Below, one piece after another: positions 37,530-47,481 of a DNA stretch of 64,000 nt. The stretch is taken from positions 4,288,001 through 4,352,000 of the forward strand of contig OZ245046.1 of assembly GCA_965224245.1 (NCBI GenBank), read 5' to 3'. Under the pieces are notes generated by a model. That model had not been told where the DNA came from. It worked only from the letters and a program-made list of their open reading frames with translations, and did no database searches. Within the stretch, counting starts at the first letter, position 1. Each line of letters begins with the position of its first letter. The DNA comes from Candidatus Eiseniibacteriota bacterium. Its GTDB lineage: Bacteria > Eisenbacteria > RBG-16-71-46 > CAZAMP01. The translations under genes and the position numbers were made by a program.

Positions 37530-40264
37530 CGCGTCCCTCCGGATCCGACCTGCTCCAGCCGCCGCAGCACATCGGCGATCACGTCCGCATTGGGGTCCTC
37601 GGGATGCGTCTCCTGCGAGCGGATGTCCGGCACCAGCTCGACCAGACCGAGCTCGCCCACGTGGTACACCACGAGCCCGCACACGGTCGCGCCCGACTGC
37701 GCCAGAAGCGAGCGGAGCACGTCCACGTAGCCGAGCTCGCCCGGCGCCACGCTCGCGCGCGTGGCCGCCAGTCGGTCGGCATCGGAGACGTCGTCCACGA
37801 GCGCCAGCACCGTCTCGCGGTGCGGCGAGGCGAGGAGGTTCTCCAGGAGCTCTCGACTCGACGCGGCGGCGCGACGGTCGCCCTGCATGAGTCCCCGGTA
37901 GATGCGGCGGTAGTCCTCGCGCGCGTCCACCAGATCCAGCAGGCGGAAGAGCCGATCGATCGCGTGGACCTCCTTGTGCATCAGGAGCGACGTGAGCGTC
38001 TCGTGGGCGGGCGTTCGCCGCTCGGGGCGCTCGCGCGCGCCCTCTTCCAGCCGCAGTCGCCAGCCCAGGAGCTTGACGGCGGCCTCGATCGTGCGGTCGA
38101 CCACGTCGCGCAGCGCCGTCTCGTCCAGCGGCAACGACGGGTGGTGGTAGCGGAGAAAGCCCAGGACGCGGAGGATTTTGAAGCGCACGGCGCCGTTCTC
38201 CTCGGACGCGAAGCGTCTCAGCAGGATCTCGCCGGCCCGTTCGGGCTCGAAGAACGCGATCGTTCGTGGAACGTGTATGCGCCGGCGGACGGGCAGCGTG
38301 ACGTCCCACAGCGCCTCCTCGAGCGCCGGCAGCGCGACGGGTCCGATGCGTTCGATCGTCTCGCGCACGACGGTGCGGAGCTCCCGGAGCTCGAGCATCT
38401 CGATCAGCTTTGGGAGGTACGTCAGGCTCGACGTGCAGCGCATCGCGCGCGCGGTCTCGCGCCGCACGACGATGTCCGGGTCGTCGGCCAGGTGCACCAG
38501 GATGCCATCGCAGACGGGTGAGGGGCTCTCGATGATCCCCTGAAGAAGCGCGATCTTCCCCTCGTTGGACGACCCGTCCACGATCGCGGAGAGCGCCTCG
38601 GCGGTGACGGGATCCTCGGCGTCGCCGGCCGCCAGGAGCCCGGCCACCGCCGTCCCGCGCACACGGGGAGCCGGGTCTTCCAGGAACTCGCGAAGCGTCT
38701 CGACGTCGACCCCCTGCGACAGCTTCAGGCGCAGCACCCCCGCGCGGACGCTGGAATCCAGGTGCCCGACGAGGCGGTCGGCGATGGGCTGGAAGTCGGT
38801 GCGTCGCGCTCGGGAGAAGAGATCCAGCGCGTGCACGACCACACGCGAGGACGGGTGGTACAGGATGTACGGTTGAACCAGGTGGATCTTCCCCTTCTCC
38901 TGGAGCAGATCCATGGCCGCGATCACGTCCTGGTCGTTCGCGCTGTTCAGCGCGCCCAGGAGGGACTCGAACGACGCCAGGTCCAGCTTCGGAAGATCGA
39001 TCTGGCTCTCGATCAGGCCCTCACGGAGCGTCCGGCGGAAGAGATCCAGGTAGAACGGCTTCAGCCAGATCGCGATCCACATCCACAGACCCGACAGGAC
39101 GACCACGGCGGCCGCGAGAACGGCCTCGCCGGCGCCGACGGCGATCGCGGCCAGAATGCCCACCGATGCGAGCGCCTGTCCTCCACGCTGGCCGATCACG
39201 TCGATGAGCTTCTTGACCCGGGCGCGCACGTCGGCGCCGAGCGGCACGTACAGGATCTCCAGGCTCGTTCGATGCAGGGAGTGTCGGAGCGCCCCGTCGA
39301 TCCCCTTCAGGAGCAACGCCGCCGCGAGTCCCCCGCTCACCAGAAGCCCGCCTGCCGCGACCAGAAGTCCGATCGGGAGCACGGCCAGCACCGAGCTGAC
39401 CCCCAGCGAGCGCGTGAGACGCCCCACCACGTAGACCTGGAACACGAGCGAGACCAGGTTCAGCACCATGTAGACCGTCGCGAACGTGGATCCGAGGCGG
39501 GCGGGCTCCACCGAGGACGCGACCGCGCTCTTGAACAGGTAGTCGACGAGGGTCAGCGTGACCGTCGACACGAGGACCAGCGCCGCGAGCCGGAGCACGT
39601 ACGGATCGCGGCGCACCGCCGTCCGATCGAGGCCCGGGCCCCAGCGCGGACGGGATCCGGACCGGCGAGCGGCCCTCCCGCGTGCGATCAGTCGCGCCGG
39701 CACGCATGCGACCCCGAAGACGGAGGCGGCCACGACGAGGAGTTCCTCGGCGCCGACGATCTCGCTGGCCACGCGCGCGAGTGCGGCGCCGGCGATCGCG
39801 CCGAGCACGCCGCCGGTCCCGATGAGGGCGAAGAGCCGCTTCGCCTGCGCGACGTCGAAGATGTCCTGGAGGAGGCTCCAGAACTCCACGACCATCAGTG
39901 TGGCCAGGATGCCGCTCCAGACGTAGAGCACGTAGAAGACCCACGGTCCGCCCCGCGTGACGAAGAGCCAGGAGGCGAGACTCAGCACGACGCCGACCGA
40001 GAGCAGCGCCAGGAGGCTGTTGCCGGCCATCGGTCGCACACGCCGCTCCAGTGCGGTCACCCCCAGTGCAGCCAGCGCGATGCCGAGATACACCCAGGGC
40101 AGTCGCGCCGCGGGGAGCGACGACAGGAACAGGGCGTCACGAGCGGTCTCCAGCACGCCGTGTGCCGTCATCAGGCCGAACAGGGTCAGGAACGCGAGCC
40201 GGGCGCCGCCGCGTTCGCTGGCGCGCACGGACGCCAGCGGGTTCAGTCGCGCCGCGTTACGCAT
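37526..40264 (-). CDS. Npt1/Npt2-like (TLC/AAA) nucleotide-transporter domain fused to HEAT repeats
   Basis: ETARDALFL...LPWVY, FW.L..D.FD..QAKRLF.LIG.GG..G, LVDYLFK, LR.SLHR...E.LY.P. Long helical C-terminal repeat region. Confidence 0.88.
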   Translation of the reverse strand: MRNAARLNPLASVRASERGGARLAFLTLFGLMTAHGVLETARDALFLSSLPAARLPWVYLGIALAALGVTALERRVRPMAGNSLLALLSVGVVLSLASWLFVTRGGPWVFYVLYVWSGILATLMVVEFWSLLQDIFDVAQAKRLFALIGTGGVLGAIAGAALARVASEIVGAEELLVVAASVFGVACVPARLIARGRAARRSGSRPRWGPGLDRTAVRRDPYVLRLAALVLVSTVTLTLVDYLFKSAVASSVEPARLGSTFATVYMVLNLVSLVFQVYVVGRLTRSLGVSSVLAVLPIGLLVAAGGLLVSGGLAAALLLKGIDGALRHSLHRTSLEILYVPLGADVRARVKKLIDVIGQRGGQALASVGILAAIAVGAGEAVLAAAVVVLSGLWMWIAIWLKPFYLDLFRRTLREGLIESQIDLPKLDLASFESLLGALNSANDQDVIAAMDLLQEKGKIHLVQPYILYHPSSRVVVHALDLFSRARRTDFQPIADRLVGHLDSSVRAGVLRLKLSQGVDVETLREFLEDPAPRVRGTAVAGLLAAGDAEDPVTAEALSAIVDGSSNEGKIALLQGIIESPSPVCDGILVHLADDPDIVVRRETARAMRCTSSLTYLPKLIEMLELRELRTVVRETIERIGPVALPALEEALWDVTLPVRRRIHVPRTIAFFEPERAGEILLRRFASEENGAVRFKILRVLGFLRYHHPSLPLDETALRDVVDRTIEAAVKLLGWRLRLEEGARERPERRTPAHETLTSLLMHKEVHAIDRLFRLLDLVDAREDYRRIYRGLMQGDRRAAASSRELLENLLASPHRETVLALVDDVSDADRLAATRASVAPGELGYVDVLRSLLAQSGATVCGLVVYHVGELGLVELVPDIRSQETHPEDPNADVIADVLRRLEQVGSGGTR

Positions 40265-42485
40265 TGGCCAGCCCGAAGTGCCGCTCGGCGATCGCGGCCA
40301 GCTCGCCCAGCGCCAGCTTGCCGCTGGGCAGCATGGGCAAGGCGTCCACGGGGACGTAGGAGTCGGTTCGCGGGATCCAGAGGTTCGGGTAGCCGTCGGT
40401 GCGCATGCGCATGGCGATCTCTCCGGGATTCAGCTCGACCGCGTGCACGACGACGATCCGCTCGCCCTTGGCTGCGTCCGGCACCGCGGTCACGCCCACC
40501 ACGAGATCCTCCGCCTCCGTGTAGTCCTGGACGATCTCCTCGATCTTGCCGTGCGGCACCATCTCGCCGCCGATCTTGGAGAACCGCGACAGACGACCCG
40601 TGATGCGCAGGTAGCCGTCGTCGTCGAGCCGGACGACGTCGCCGGTCACGTACCAGCCGTCGCGAAGGACCTCGGCCGTTCGCTCGCGCTCCTTCAGGTA
40701 TCCGAGCATCACGTTGGCGCCCCGGACGAGCAGGAGGCCGTCCTGTCCGTTCTGGAGCGGCTCGTACGTCTCGGGATGCACGACCTTCACCTCGACTCCC
40801 GGGACCGGCTGCCCGATGGACCCCGGTTTGGATGCGCGCTGATGCACGCCGGGTGCACGGACCGGCGGGAGGTTCGCGGCGACGACCGGTGCGCACTCGG
40901 TCGTGCCGTATCCCTCGAAGAGATCGACACCGTACTTGGCCCGGAACGTCCGGGCGAGCGAGAGCTTGAGCGCCTCGGCGCCCACGAACCCGAAGCGCAG
41001 TCCTCCGAACTTGTCCGGCGGGATCTTGGCCGTGTACTTCGAGCAGAATGCCGGCGTCGACACGAGGATCGTGACCCGGTGCTTCTCGCAGAGGTCACCG
41101 ATCTGCTTCACCTCCATCGGATTCGGATGGAACGCGACGCGGTGCCCCCCGCAGAGGGGCAGCCACATCGTGACCGTCAGTCCGAACGCGTGGAACAGCG
41201 GCAGGCTGCCCAGGATGCAGTCGTCCGGCTCGGGGCGGAACACCTGCTGCACCGCCTCGATGTTCGCCAGGATGTTCCGGTGCGAGAGCATGACGCCCTT
41301 CGGGATGCCGGTGGATCCCGACGAGAACAGCACCGTGGCCAGCGCGGTGGGCTCCTGGGGTCCCTCCAGGAGCGTGCGGTGCAGGAGTCCGGGCACGATG
41401 CGCGAGAGGAGGTTCACCAGTGTGAGTCGAACGAACGTGACCGCGAGCCTGGCCGGGGAGACGTCGCGTCGCATGTCCTCGAGGTAGATCAGCTCGGCGG
41501 GAACGTCGACCGTCGCTTTCTCGAGAAATGCACGCGACGTGACCACGTGCCGGATCTCGCAGCGGTCGATGGCCACGTCCATGGCCTCGCGCGACGCGGT
41601 GAAGTTGAGATTCACCGCGACCTTGCCCAGGAACGAGAGGGCCACGTTCGCGATGGCCCCCGCCGCGGTGGCCGGGAGCAGCACGCCGACCGTCTCCTCG
41701 GGCGCGCGTGAACGGAGCCACCGGGCCATCAGCCACGCGCCGGTGACGAGCTTCCCGTACGTGAGGTCGCGCCCGAGCGAATCGGCGACGGCCTTCCGCG
41801 CCCAGCATCGCCGTGCCGCGTCCACGAACGCGCCCGGCAACGTCTTCGAGAGCATCGGGCGATCGAAGTAGGCGGCGGCCTCGAGGCCGCGAATGCGCGG
41901 GCGCGCGGCGGTCAGGAGCGTGCCCGCGGGGAGCGGCTGTCCGAAGGAGACCTTGGCGCGGAGCGGCATCCGGCGGGTCATCGCGAGGATGCCTCGCCAC
42001 ACACCGGGCTCCAGCGGCGGCCGTACGGGCATGTCGACGTGAACGGGGACGATCTCCACGCCCGACTCGGCGGCCATCGTGTCCAGCGGCCACCGGAACG
42101 GCAGGAGATTGCCGGTGCGCGAGATCTGCCCCTCCGGAAACACGCACACGCTGGTGCCGGAGCGTAGCGAGGCCACCGCCTCGTCGCAGACGCGCCGGAG
42201 CTCGGCCCGCGTACCGACCGTCGGGAGCGACACCGAGTCGATCGTGTCGTAGAACGGCGCGAGATCGGGGATGTCGCGATAGCAGCTCGGAACGAGGAAG
42301 CGCATCCGGCGCCCCAGCGCGTGCTCGATCAGGAAGGCGTCGAGATACGAGACGTTGTTCGCGACCAGGAGCACGGCTCGATCGCTCGGAACGTGCTTGC
42401 GTCCGGTGGTGCTCAGATCCACGAGGCGATGCGTGGCCAGGTGCTTGACCATCCGGCGTACGATCGGGAGCGTGAGGACGTGCAC
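40257..42485 (-). CDS. Aas-like PlsC acyltransferase domain + AMP-binding acyl-ACP synthetase (no MFS domain)
   Basis: VFPEGQISRTG, LFSSGSTGIPKGV.LSH.N, EGYGTTE, WYVTGD, GRLSRFSKIGGEMV, LP.LPSGK. The PlsC HX4D motif reads NNVSYLD. Confidence 0.9.
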   Translation of the reverse strand: MHVLTLPIVRRMVKHLATHRLVDLSTTGRKHVPSDRAVLLVANNVSYLDAFLIEHALGRRMRFLVPSCYRDIPDLAPFYDTIDSVSLPTVGTRAELRRVCDEAVASLRSGTSVCVFPEGQISRTGNLLPFRWPLDTMAAESGVEIVPVHVDMPVRPPLEPGVWRGILAMTRRMPLRAKVSFGQPLPAGTLLTAARPRIRGLEAAAYFDRPMLSKTLPGAFVDAARRCWARKAVADSLGRDLTYGKLVTGAWLMARWLRSRAPEETVGVLLPATAAGAIANVALSFLGKVAVNLNFTASREAMDVAIDRCEIRHVVTSRAFLEKATVDVPAELIYLEDMRRDVSPARLAVTFVRLTLVNLLSRIVPGLLHRTLLEGPQEPTALATVLFSSGSTGIPKGVMLSHRNILANIEAVQQVFRPEPDDCILGSLPLFHAFGLTVTMWLPLCGGHRVAFHPNPMEVKQIGDLCEKHRVTILVSTPAFCSKYTAKIPPDKFGGLRFGFVGAEALKLSLARTFRAKYGVDLFEGYGTTECAPVVAANLPPVRAPGVHQRASKPGSIGQPVPGVEVKVVHPETYEPLQNGQDGLLLVRGANVMLGYLKERERTAEVLRDGWYVTGDVVRLDDDGYLRITGRLSRFSKIGGEMVPHGKIEEIVQDYTEAEDLVVGVTAVPDAAKGERIVVVHAVELNPGEIAMRMRTDGYPNLWIPRTDSYVPVDALPMLPSGKLALGELAAIAERHFGLANA

Positions 42486-42494
42486 GAGAGACTC

Positions 42495-42851
42495 CTAGCC
42501 TCGACCGAACAGCCGGCGGATGCGCTCGATGAAGCCGGTGCGCTCGTGCATGCGATCGAGTAGCTCACGGAGCCGCCGGGCCTTCTTGCGACTCACCTCG
42601 GCAGCCAGCGGAAGGTCGAGCGCCTCGCAGTACGTGTCGACGGCCGCCGTCATCACCGTGGACTCTGGCTCGGTCAGCGCGAGTGGCGCCACGGCGGAGT
42701 CCGAGTCGGCGAGCAGGCGATCCTCGAGACGGTTGTGCAGACCGGCCAGGCGAACCTTCTCGCCCTCGGTGAACGTCCGCTTGAGAGCGTAGGCCGTGGC
42801 CTCGTGAAGCAGCCCGATCTCGTCTCGCGAGAACGTGATTCCCTTTGCCAA
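42495..42851 (-). CDS. Hypothetical protein, 118 aa
   Basis: TTG start after GAGGA, plausible codon usage, ends 9 nt before the Aas-like start. Confidence 0.6.
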   Translation of the reverse strand: MAKGITFSRDEIGLLHEATAYALKRTFTEGEKVRLAGLHNRLEDRLLADSDSAVAPLALTEPESTVMTAAVDTYCEALDLPLAAEVSRKKARRLRELLDRMHERTGFIERIRRLFGRG

Positions 42852-42987
42852 TCCTCTAGCTCCTCGATCCGAGCCCGGCGGAAGGTCCGTGACAACGCAC
42901 GAAATCGGCTGATATCCTCGCCGCGGCTCGCCCCGAGCCCGGTTCCGCTCCGACCCCAACAGTAAGCCAAGAGGAGAAGGTTCGGAA

Positions 42988-44055
42988 ATGGAGACGTCGC
43001 GACGGCTGCTGGAGACTCTCACCCAGGCCGACAGCGTTCCCGGGTTCGAAGACGAGATGCGTACGCTGTTCGCTACCGAGCTGGCGTCGGTGGGCAACGT
43101 GACGCGGGACCGCATGGGCGGTGTGATCTGTGAGCGTGCTGGGCGGTCGGCCACGCCACGGATCATGCTCGACTGTCACCTGGACGAGATCGGGTTCATC
43201 ATCCAGCACGTCTCGGCGGACGGCTTCCTGAAGTTCCTCCCGCTGGGCGGCTGGTGGACACACATCCTGCCCGCGCAGCGCGTCCGCGTGCACGGATCCG
43301 GCCGTACCGTGATCGGGGTGATCGGCTCCACGCCACCACACTTCCTGCCGCCCGAGCGGCGGGGCAACGTGCTCGAGATCCGGGACATGTTCATCGACGT
43401 GGGCGCCGAGAATGCCGGGCAGGTCGCGGAGTGGGGAATCCGCCCCGGCTCGTGGGCGGTGCCGTACAGCCCGTTCACGACCATGGCCAGCGAGGATCTC
43501 GTCATGGCCAAGGCCTTCGACAACCGCGTGGGCTGTGCGCTCTGCATCGAGACGATGCAGCGCCTCGACGACTCGCACCCCAACACGATCCTCGCCGCGG
43601 GAAGCGCGCAGGAGGAGGTCGGGCTCCGGGGCGCCCGCGCCACCGCGCATCTGATCGACCCCGACGTGGCGATCGTGCTCGAGGGGCCGCCGGCCGACGA
43701 CACCCCGGGCATGCGTCCCGACGAGTCGCAGGGCCGCCTCGGCGGCGGGGTCCAGATCCGCGTCTACGATCCGTCGATGATCGCCAACCCGCGCCTGGTC
43801 GATCTCGTGATCGGCGTGGCCACCGAGGCCGGCATCGCGCACCAGGTCACCGTGCGCTCATCGGGCGGCACCAACGCCGGCTCCATTCACGTGCACGGCG
43901 CCGGCGTCCCCAGCGTCGTCCTGGGCGTGCCCGCGCGGTACATCCACTCGCACGCGAGCATCATCCACCTCGGCGACTATGCGGCCGCGCTCGACCTGAC
44001 GCTCGCGCTCTGCAATCGCCTGGACGCGGACACGGTCGCCGGCCTCACGGCCTGA
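42988..44055 (+). CDS. M42 family metallo-aminopeptidase (TET/FrvX-like)
   Basis: PGFEDE, HLDEIG, PLGGW, KAFDNRVG, QEEVGLRGA, GGTNAG, PARYIHS. Confidence 0.93.
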   Translation: METSRRLLETLTQADSVPGFEDEMRTLFATELASVGNVTRDRMGGVICERAGRSATPRIMLDCHLDEIGFIIQHVSADGFLKFLPLGGWWTHILPAQRVRVHGSGRTVIGVIGSTPPHFLPPERRGNVLEIRDMFIDVGAENAGQVAEWGIRPGSWAVPYSPFTTMASEDLVMAKAFDNRVGCALCIETMQRLDDSHPNTILAAGSAQEEVGLRGARATAHLIDPDVAIVLEGPPADDTPGMRPDESQGRLGGGVQIRVYDPSMIANPRLVDLVIGVATEAGIAHQVTVRSSGGTNAGSIHVHGAGVPSVVLGVPARYIHSHASIIHLGDYAAALDLTLALCNRLDADTVAGLTA

Positions 44056-44097
44056 CCGGCGCGACGACCCCGAGGTGACGGACATGGTGGACCCGAC

Positions 44098-45132
44098 GTG
44101 AGCCGCGTCGGCTGGGTCACCGACCGGCGATTCCTGGACCACGTGCTTCCGGGTCACCCCGAACGGCCGGAACGGCTGACGCGACTGTGGGAGGTGCTCG
44201 ACGAGACCGGCCTCGCCACGCGGCTCGACGTGTTGCCGGTCTCGGTCGTCGATGGCTCGCTGCTCGAGAGCATCCACGCGCCGGATCAGATCGGCCTCGT
44301 GGACGAGCTCAGTCTCTTCGGGGGTCATCTCGATCCCGACACGTACGTCGCGGCCGGATCGGCCGGGATCGCGCGCCTGGCCGCCGGGGCGGTCGTGGGC
44401 GCGGTCGACGCCGTGCTCGACGGCATCTGCGATCGCGCGTTCGCCGCCGTTCGCCCGCCGGGGCACCACGCGGGCGGCCGGCGGTCGATGGGGTTCTGTC
44501 TGTTCAACAACGTCGCGCTCGCCGCCGAGCACGCGCGCCGGCGGGGTCTGGCCCGGGTGGCCGTCGTGGACTGGGACGTGCACCACGGCAACGGCACCCA
44601 GGACATCTTCTACGGGAGCGCGGACGTGCTGTTCGTCTCGACGCACCAGTATCCCTTCTACCCGGGGACCGGCCCCGCGCACGAGATCGGGACCGGCGCG
44701 GGCGAGGGCACGACGATCAACGTGCCGCTGCCCGCGGGTGTCGGCGACGCCGGGCTCGAGCTGGCGTTCGATCGGATCGTGCTACCGGCACTGCGGCGGT
44801 TCCGGCCCGAGCTGCTTCTCGTCTCCGCGGGCTTCGACGCGCACCACCGGGATCCGCTCGCGTCGCTTTCGGCCACCACCGGGTGCTTCACGCGGCTCGC
44901 CGAGCGGCTGACCGCGTTCGCGGACGAGGCGTGCCAGGGGCGCGTGGTCGTCACGCTCGAGGGCGGATACGATCTCGAGGCGATCGCGTGGGGCGCGGCG
45001 GCCACGGTCGCGGTGCTCCTGGGGATCACGCCCCCGATCGCTGCGGACGATGCGGAGAGTCTGATCGCGCGGCGGCCCGAGCCCGACATCACGCCGCTCG
45101 TCGAGTCGCTCCAGGCGCTTCACGGTCTGTGA
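44098..45132 (+). CDS. Zn-dependent histone deacetylase family protein (class II-like)
   Basis: HPERPERL, RPPGHHA, GFCLFNN, DWDVHHGNGTQ, YPGTG, SAGFDAH..DPL, LEGGY. Confidence 0.95.
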   Translation: MSRVGWVTDRRFLDHVLPGHPERPERLTRLWEVLDETGLATRLDVLPVSVVDGSLLESIHAPDQIGLVDELSLFGGHLDPDTYVAAGSAGIARLAAGAVVGAVDAVLDGICDRAFAAVRPPGHHAGGRRSMGFCLFNNVALAAEHARRRGLARVAVVDWDVHHGNGTQDIFYGSADVLFVSTHQYPFYPGTGPAHEIGTGAGEGTTINVPLPAGVGDAGLELAFDRIVLPALRRFRPELLLVSAGFDAHHRDPLASLSATTGCFTRLAERLTAFADEACQGRVVVTLEGGYDLEAIAWGAAATVAVLLGITPPIAADDAESLIARRPEPDITPLVESLQALHGL

Positions 45133-45153
45133 TCGATCCCCGATCCCGACGAC

Positions 45154-47397
45154 TCAACGGCGGAGCGCCCAGTCCGTCAGCGACGCCAGCAGTGCTCGCA
45201 CGTCCTCGGGGTACGCACGTGCGAAGGGCCACAGCTCGGTGCCGATCCAGACGATCCTGCCGCCACCTTGGGTCGTGATCCCGAGAACGACCGGCTCGTC
45301 GTCGAGACGCGATCCGAACGGGGTCAGGCAGACCTCGCGCGGATCTTCCGGCCACGCCCACTCGTTGGCGATCATCGTGTAGAGCACCTCCACGCCGGGC
45401 TCGAGCGGGATCGGAAGCCGCTGGACGGCCACGACGTGAGTTCCGGCCGGGTTGTGGTACCCGCCCCACGCATCGGACCAGAGCGCCGTGCGAGCCGCGT
45501 AACCGGTGGGGTCGGCGCGGCCGGCCGGCATCCCCAGCCGGCGAGCCGACTCGCTCGCCTCGAGCCCCACGATCCCGCTGCACGGGAGAAGAAGCGACGT
45601 GACAGTCCCTCGTGGTGACCGGTCGATCCGGTCGCGGATGCGCATCATGTCCCAGACGAAGCTGCCGGGGCCGAAGTTCGGGTTCTCCCACGGGGGAATG
45701 GCCGGGATCCAGGCGTCGGACGTCCGATAGACGTCACCCATGAGCGCTCCGATCGTGGTCCGACCCCAGATGACGAGGTTCCCTCCCGCGCGGACGTAGT
45801 GATGGAGGCTCAGCGACGGCACGCCGAACCGCCCGCGCGTCAGTTCCCCGAGGGCCGATCGCCCCTCTCTCGCGCCGACGTCCCAGTAGAGGAGACGGTA
45901 ATCCCGGAGGTCCGCGAGGGTGATCTCCCGTGGCGGGTCGAGCTCCCCACAGGCACCGTCGGTCGCGCGCGAGTCGAGGCGGTCGAGCCGCTCGTTCCGC
46001 TCGAGATGGGGTGCGATCGCATCCTCGAGGAAGCCGCCGATCAGCGCATCGTGCTGGCAGTCGTCGATGTCCTCGGACACGTAGTCGTCGATCCAGAGGG
46101 CGGCGCGCGTGAGCGTGAACGCGAGGACCTCGACGTCCAGCGCGAGCTCGTTCTGGACGCGCTCGGAGTCGCGCGCGTCCCTCGCCTGAACGCGAACGGT
46201 CAGCACGTCACCGGCCGACCCGCGCGGAATGGTGAAGTCGATCCCGGTCCGGGTGCTCCACCGGCTCCACGTGCCCGGACATCTCGGACCGTCGATCCGG
46301 TAGCGGCTCTCGCCCGCAGCGTACCCGTACCAGTCCGCCGACACGTCCCACCGCACCGGCAGGGGGATGCTCTCGGGCCACGTCGTCGGCGGGGTGAAGT
46401 CGCTGTGAGCGGGTCTCGTCTCGGCCACCCGGACCTCGTCCAAGAAGAGCCGGATGCGCGGAGCGGGCGTCAGCGTGGGGTTGACGTGGACGTAGACGAC
46501 GTTCGCGCCGTCGGACGGCGACCCCGAGGCCAGCCGGAACCCGTCTGATGGGGTGATCCGACCGTCGCGATCCACGGCGCGAACCGCCAGCGCACGGTAT
46601 CCCTCGTCCAGCTCGTCGAAGACGATCTCGGTCGCGGGCCACGGCTCGCTCAGATGGGGCCACCAGTCGGTCTCGAAGAAGTGCGCCTCGGACGGCAGCT
46701 CGGGGAACTCGTGTCCCGGACGCGGCTCGGCCACGCGCAGGCTGTCGGGAATCAGGAGGTTCGGCCGCCGCAGGGTCGACGTTCCATCCGCGCGGGCGTC
46801 GAGGAGCCACGCGAGAATGGTGGCGTACTCCTCGTACCCGTCGCACGCGATCAGCTTCATCTGATAGCCGATGACCGGCGTCCCGGCGTCCACGGGCGTG
46901 CTCGCCCACTGAAACCGCACCGGCGTCGGCACGCCGTTCAACGTGGACTCGGCGATCGGACGGAGGATCCGCGTCGACGGGCCGCGCCAGTCCCCCTCGA
47001 ACGTCGCCATGGCGGGAACCGACCGATGCCCCTCGTCATCCGCCGCACGGACCGCGAACGTCCGCGTGTCGCGTCCGTCGTCGATCTCCTCGGTGGGGAG
47101 CGTCAGTCCGTGCTCGGACGTCTCGTTCCAGGTCGGCGCCGTCGCGTCGTCGAGATCACGCCGGTCCGGGGGCTCGTCGAACGCCGCCCACTCGTAGTAC
47201 GCGATCGTGCCGTCGGGATCGTAGGCCGACCAGCGGAACGTGGCCACGACGTGATCGTTGCCCACGAACTCGATCGTGGTGCGCGGACGCGCGCTGGAGG
47301 GGCCGGGCGTCGGCGGCATCTCGTCGCAGGCGAGGGTCGCGCACAGGGCGCTCGCGATCAGCGCGAGGACGCGAGCGTCGATCTCGATCCGAATCAT
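45154..47397 (-). CDS. Large hypothetical lipoprotein (Ig/Fn3-like N-terminal repeats, alpha/beta C-terminal domain)
   Basis: Lipobox TLAC. W...DPDG.I..Y.W and repeated F/LAVRA.D..G strands. C-terminal YVRAGGNLVIWG and GGRIVWIG segments. Confidence 0.7.
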   Translation of the reverse strand: MIRIEIDARVLALIASALCATLACDEMPPTPGPSSARPRTTIEFVGNDHVVATFRWSAYDPDGTIAYYEWAAFDEPPDRRDLDDATAPTWNETSEHGLTLPTEEIDDGRDTRTFAVRAADDEGHRSVPAMATFEGDWRGPSTRILRPIAESTLNGVPTPVRFQWASTPVDAGTPVIGYQMKLIACDGYEEYATILAWLLDARADGTSTLRRPNLLIPDSLRVAEPRPGHEFPELPSEAHFFETDWWPHLSEPWPATEIVFDELDEGYRALAVRAVDRDGRITPSDGFRLASGSPSDGANVVYVHVNPTLTPAPRIRLFLDEVRVAETRPAHSDFTPPTTWPESIPLPVRWDVSADWYGYAAGESRYRIDGPRCPGTWSRWSTRTGIDFTIPRGSAGDVLTVRVQARDARDSERVQNELALDVEVLAFTLTRAALWIDDYVSEDIDDCQHDALIGGFLEDAIAPHLERNERLDRLDSRATDGACGELDPPREITLADLRDYRLLYWDVGAREGRSALGELTRGRFGVPSLSLHHYVRAGGNLVIWGRTTIGALMGDVYRTSDAWIPAIPPWENPNFGPGSFVWDMMRIRDRIDRSPRGTVTSLLLPCSGIVGLEASESARRLGMPAGRADPTGYAARTALWSDAWGGYHNPAGTHVVAVQRLPIPLEPGVEVLYTMIANEWAWPEDPREVCLTPFGSRLDDEPVVLGITTQGGGRIVWIGTELWPFARAYPEDVRALLASLTDWALRR

Positions 47398-47481
47398 GCC
47401 CGTACCTCGTCGACGGGGTCTGCCCCCGGGCAGCGGGACGGGAGGGGATCCCGGAGTATACCCGGGTGCAAATGTCGTGCG

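Noticed and set aside
44098-45132. Functional link between the HDAC and the histone-H1-like tail (a bacterial chromatin system)
   Set aside because: The genes are ~28 kb apart in different transcription units, bacterial HDAC homologues are common, and nothing in the sequence links them.
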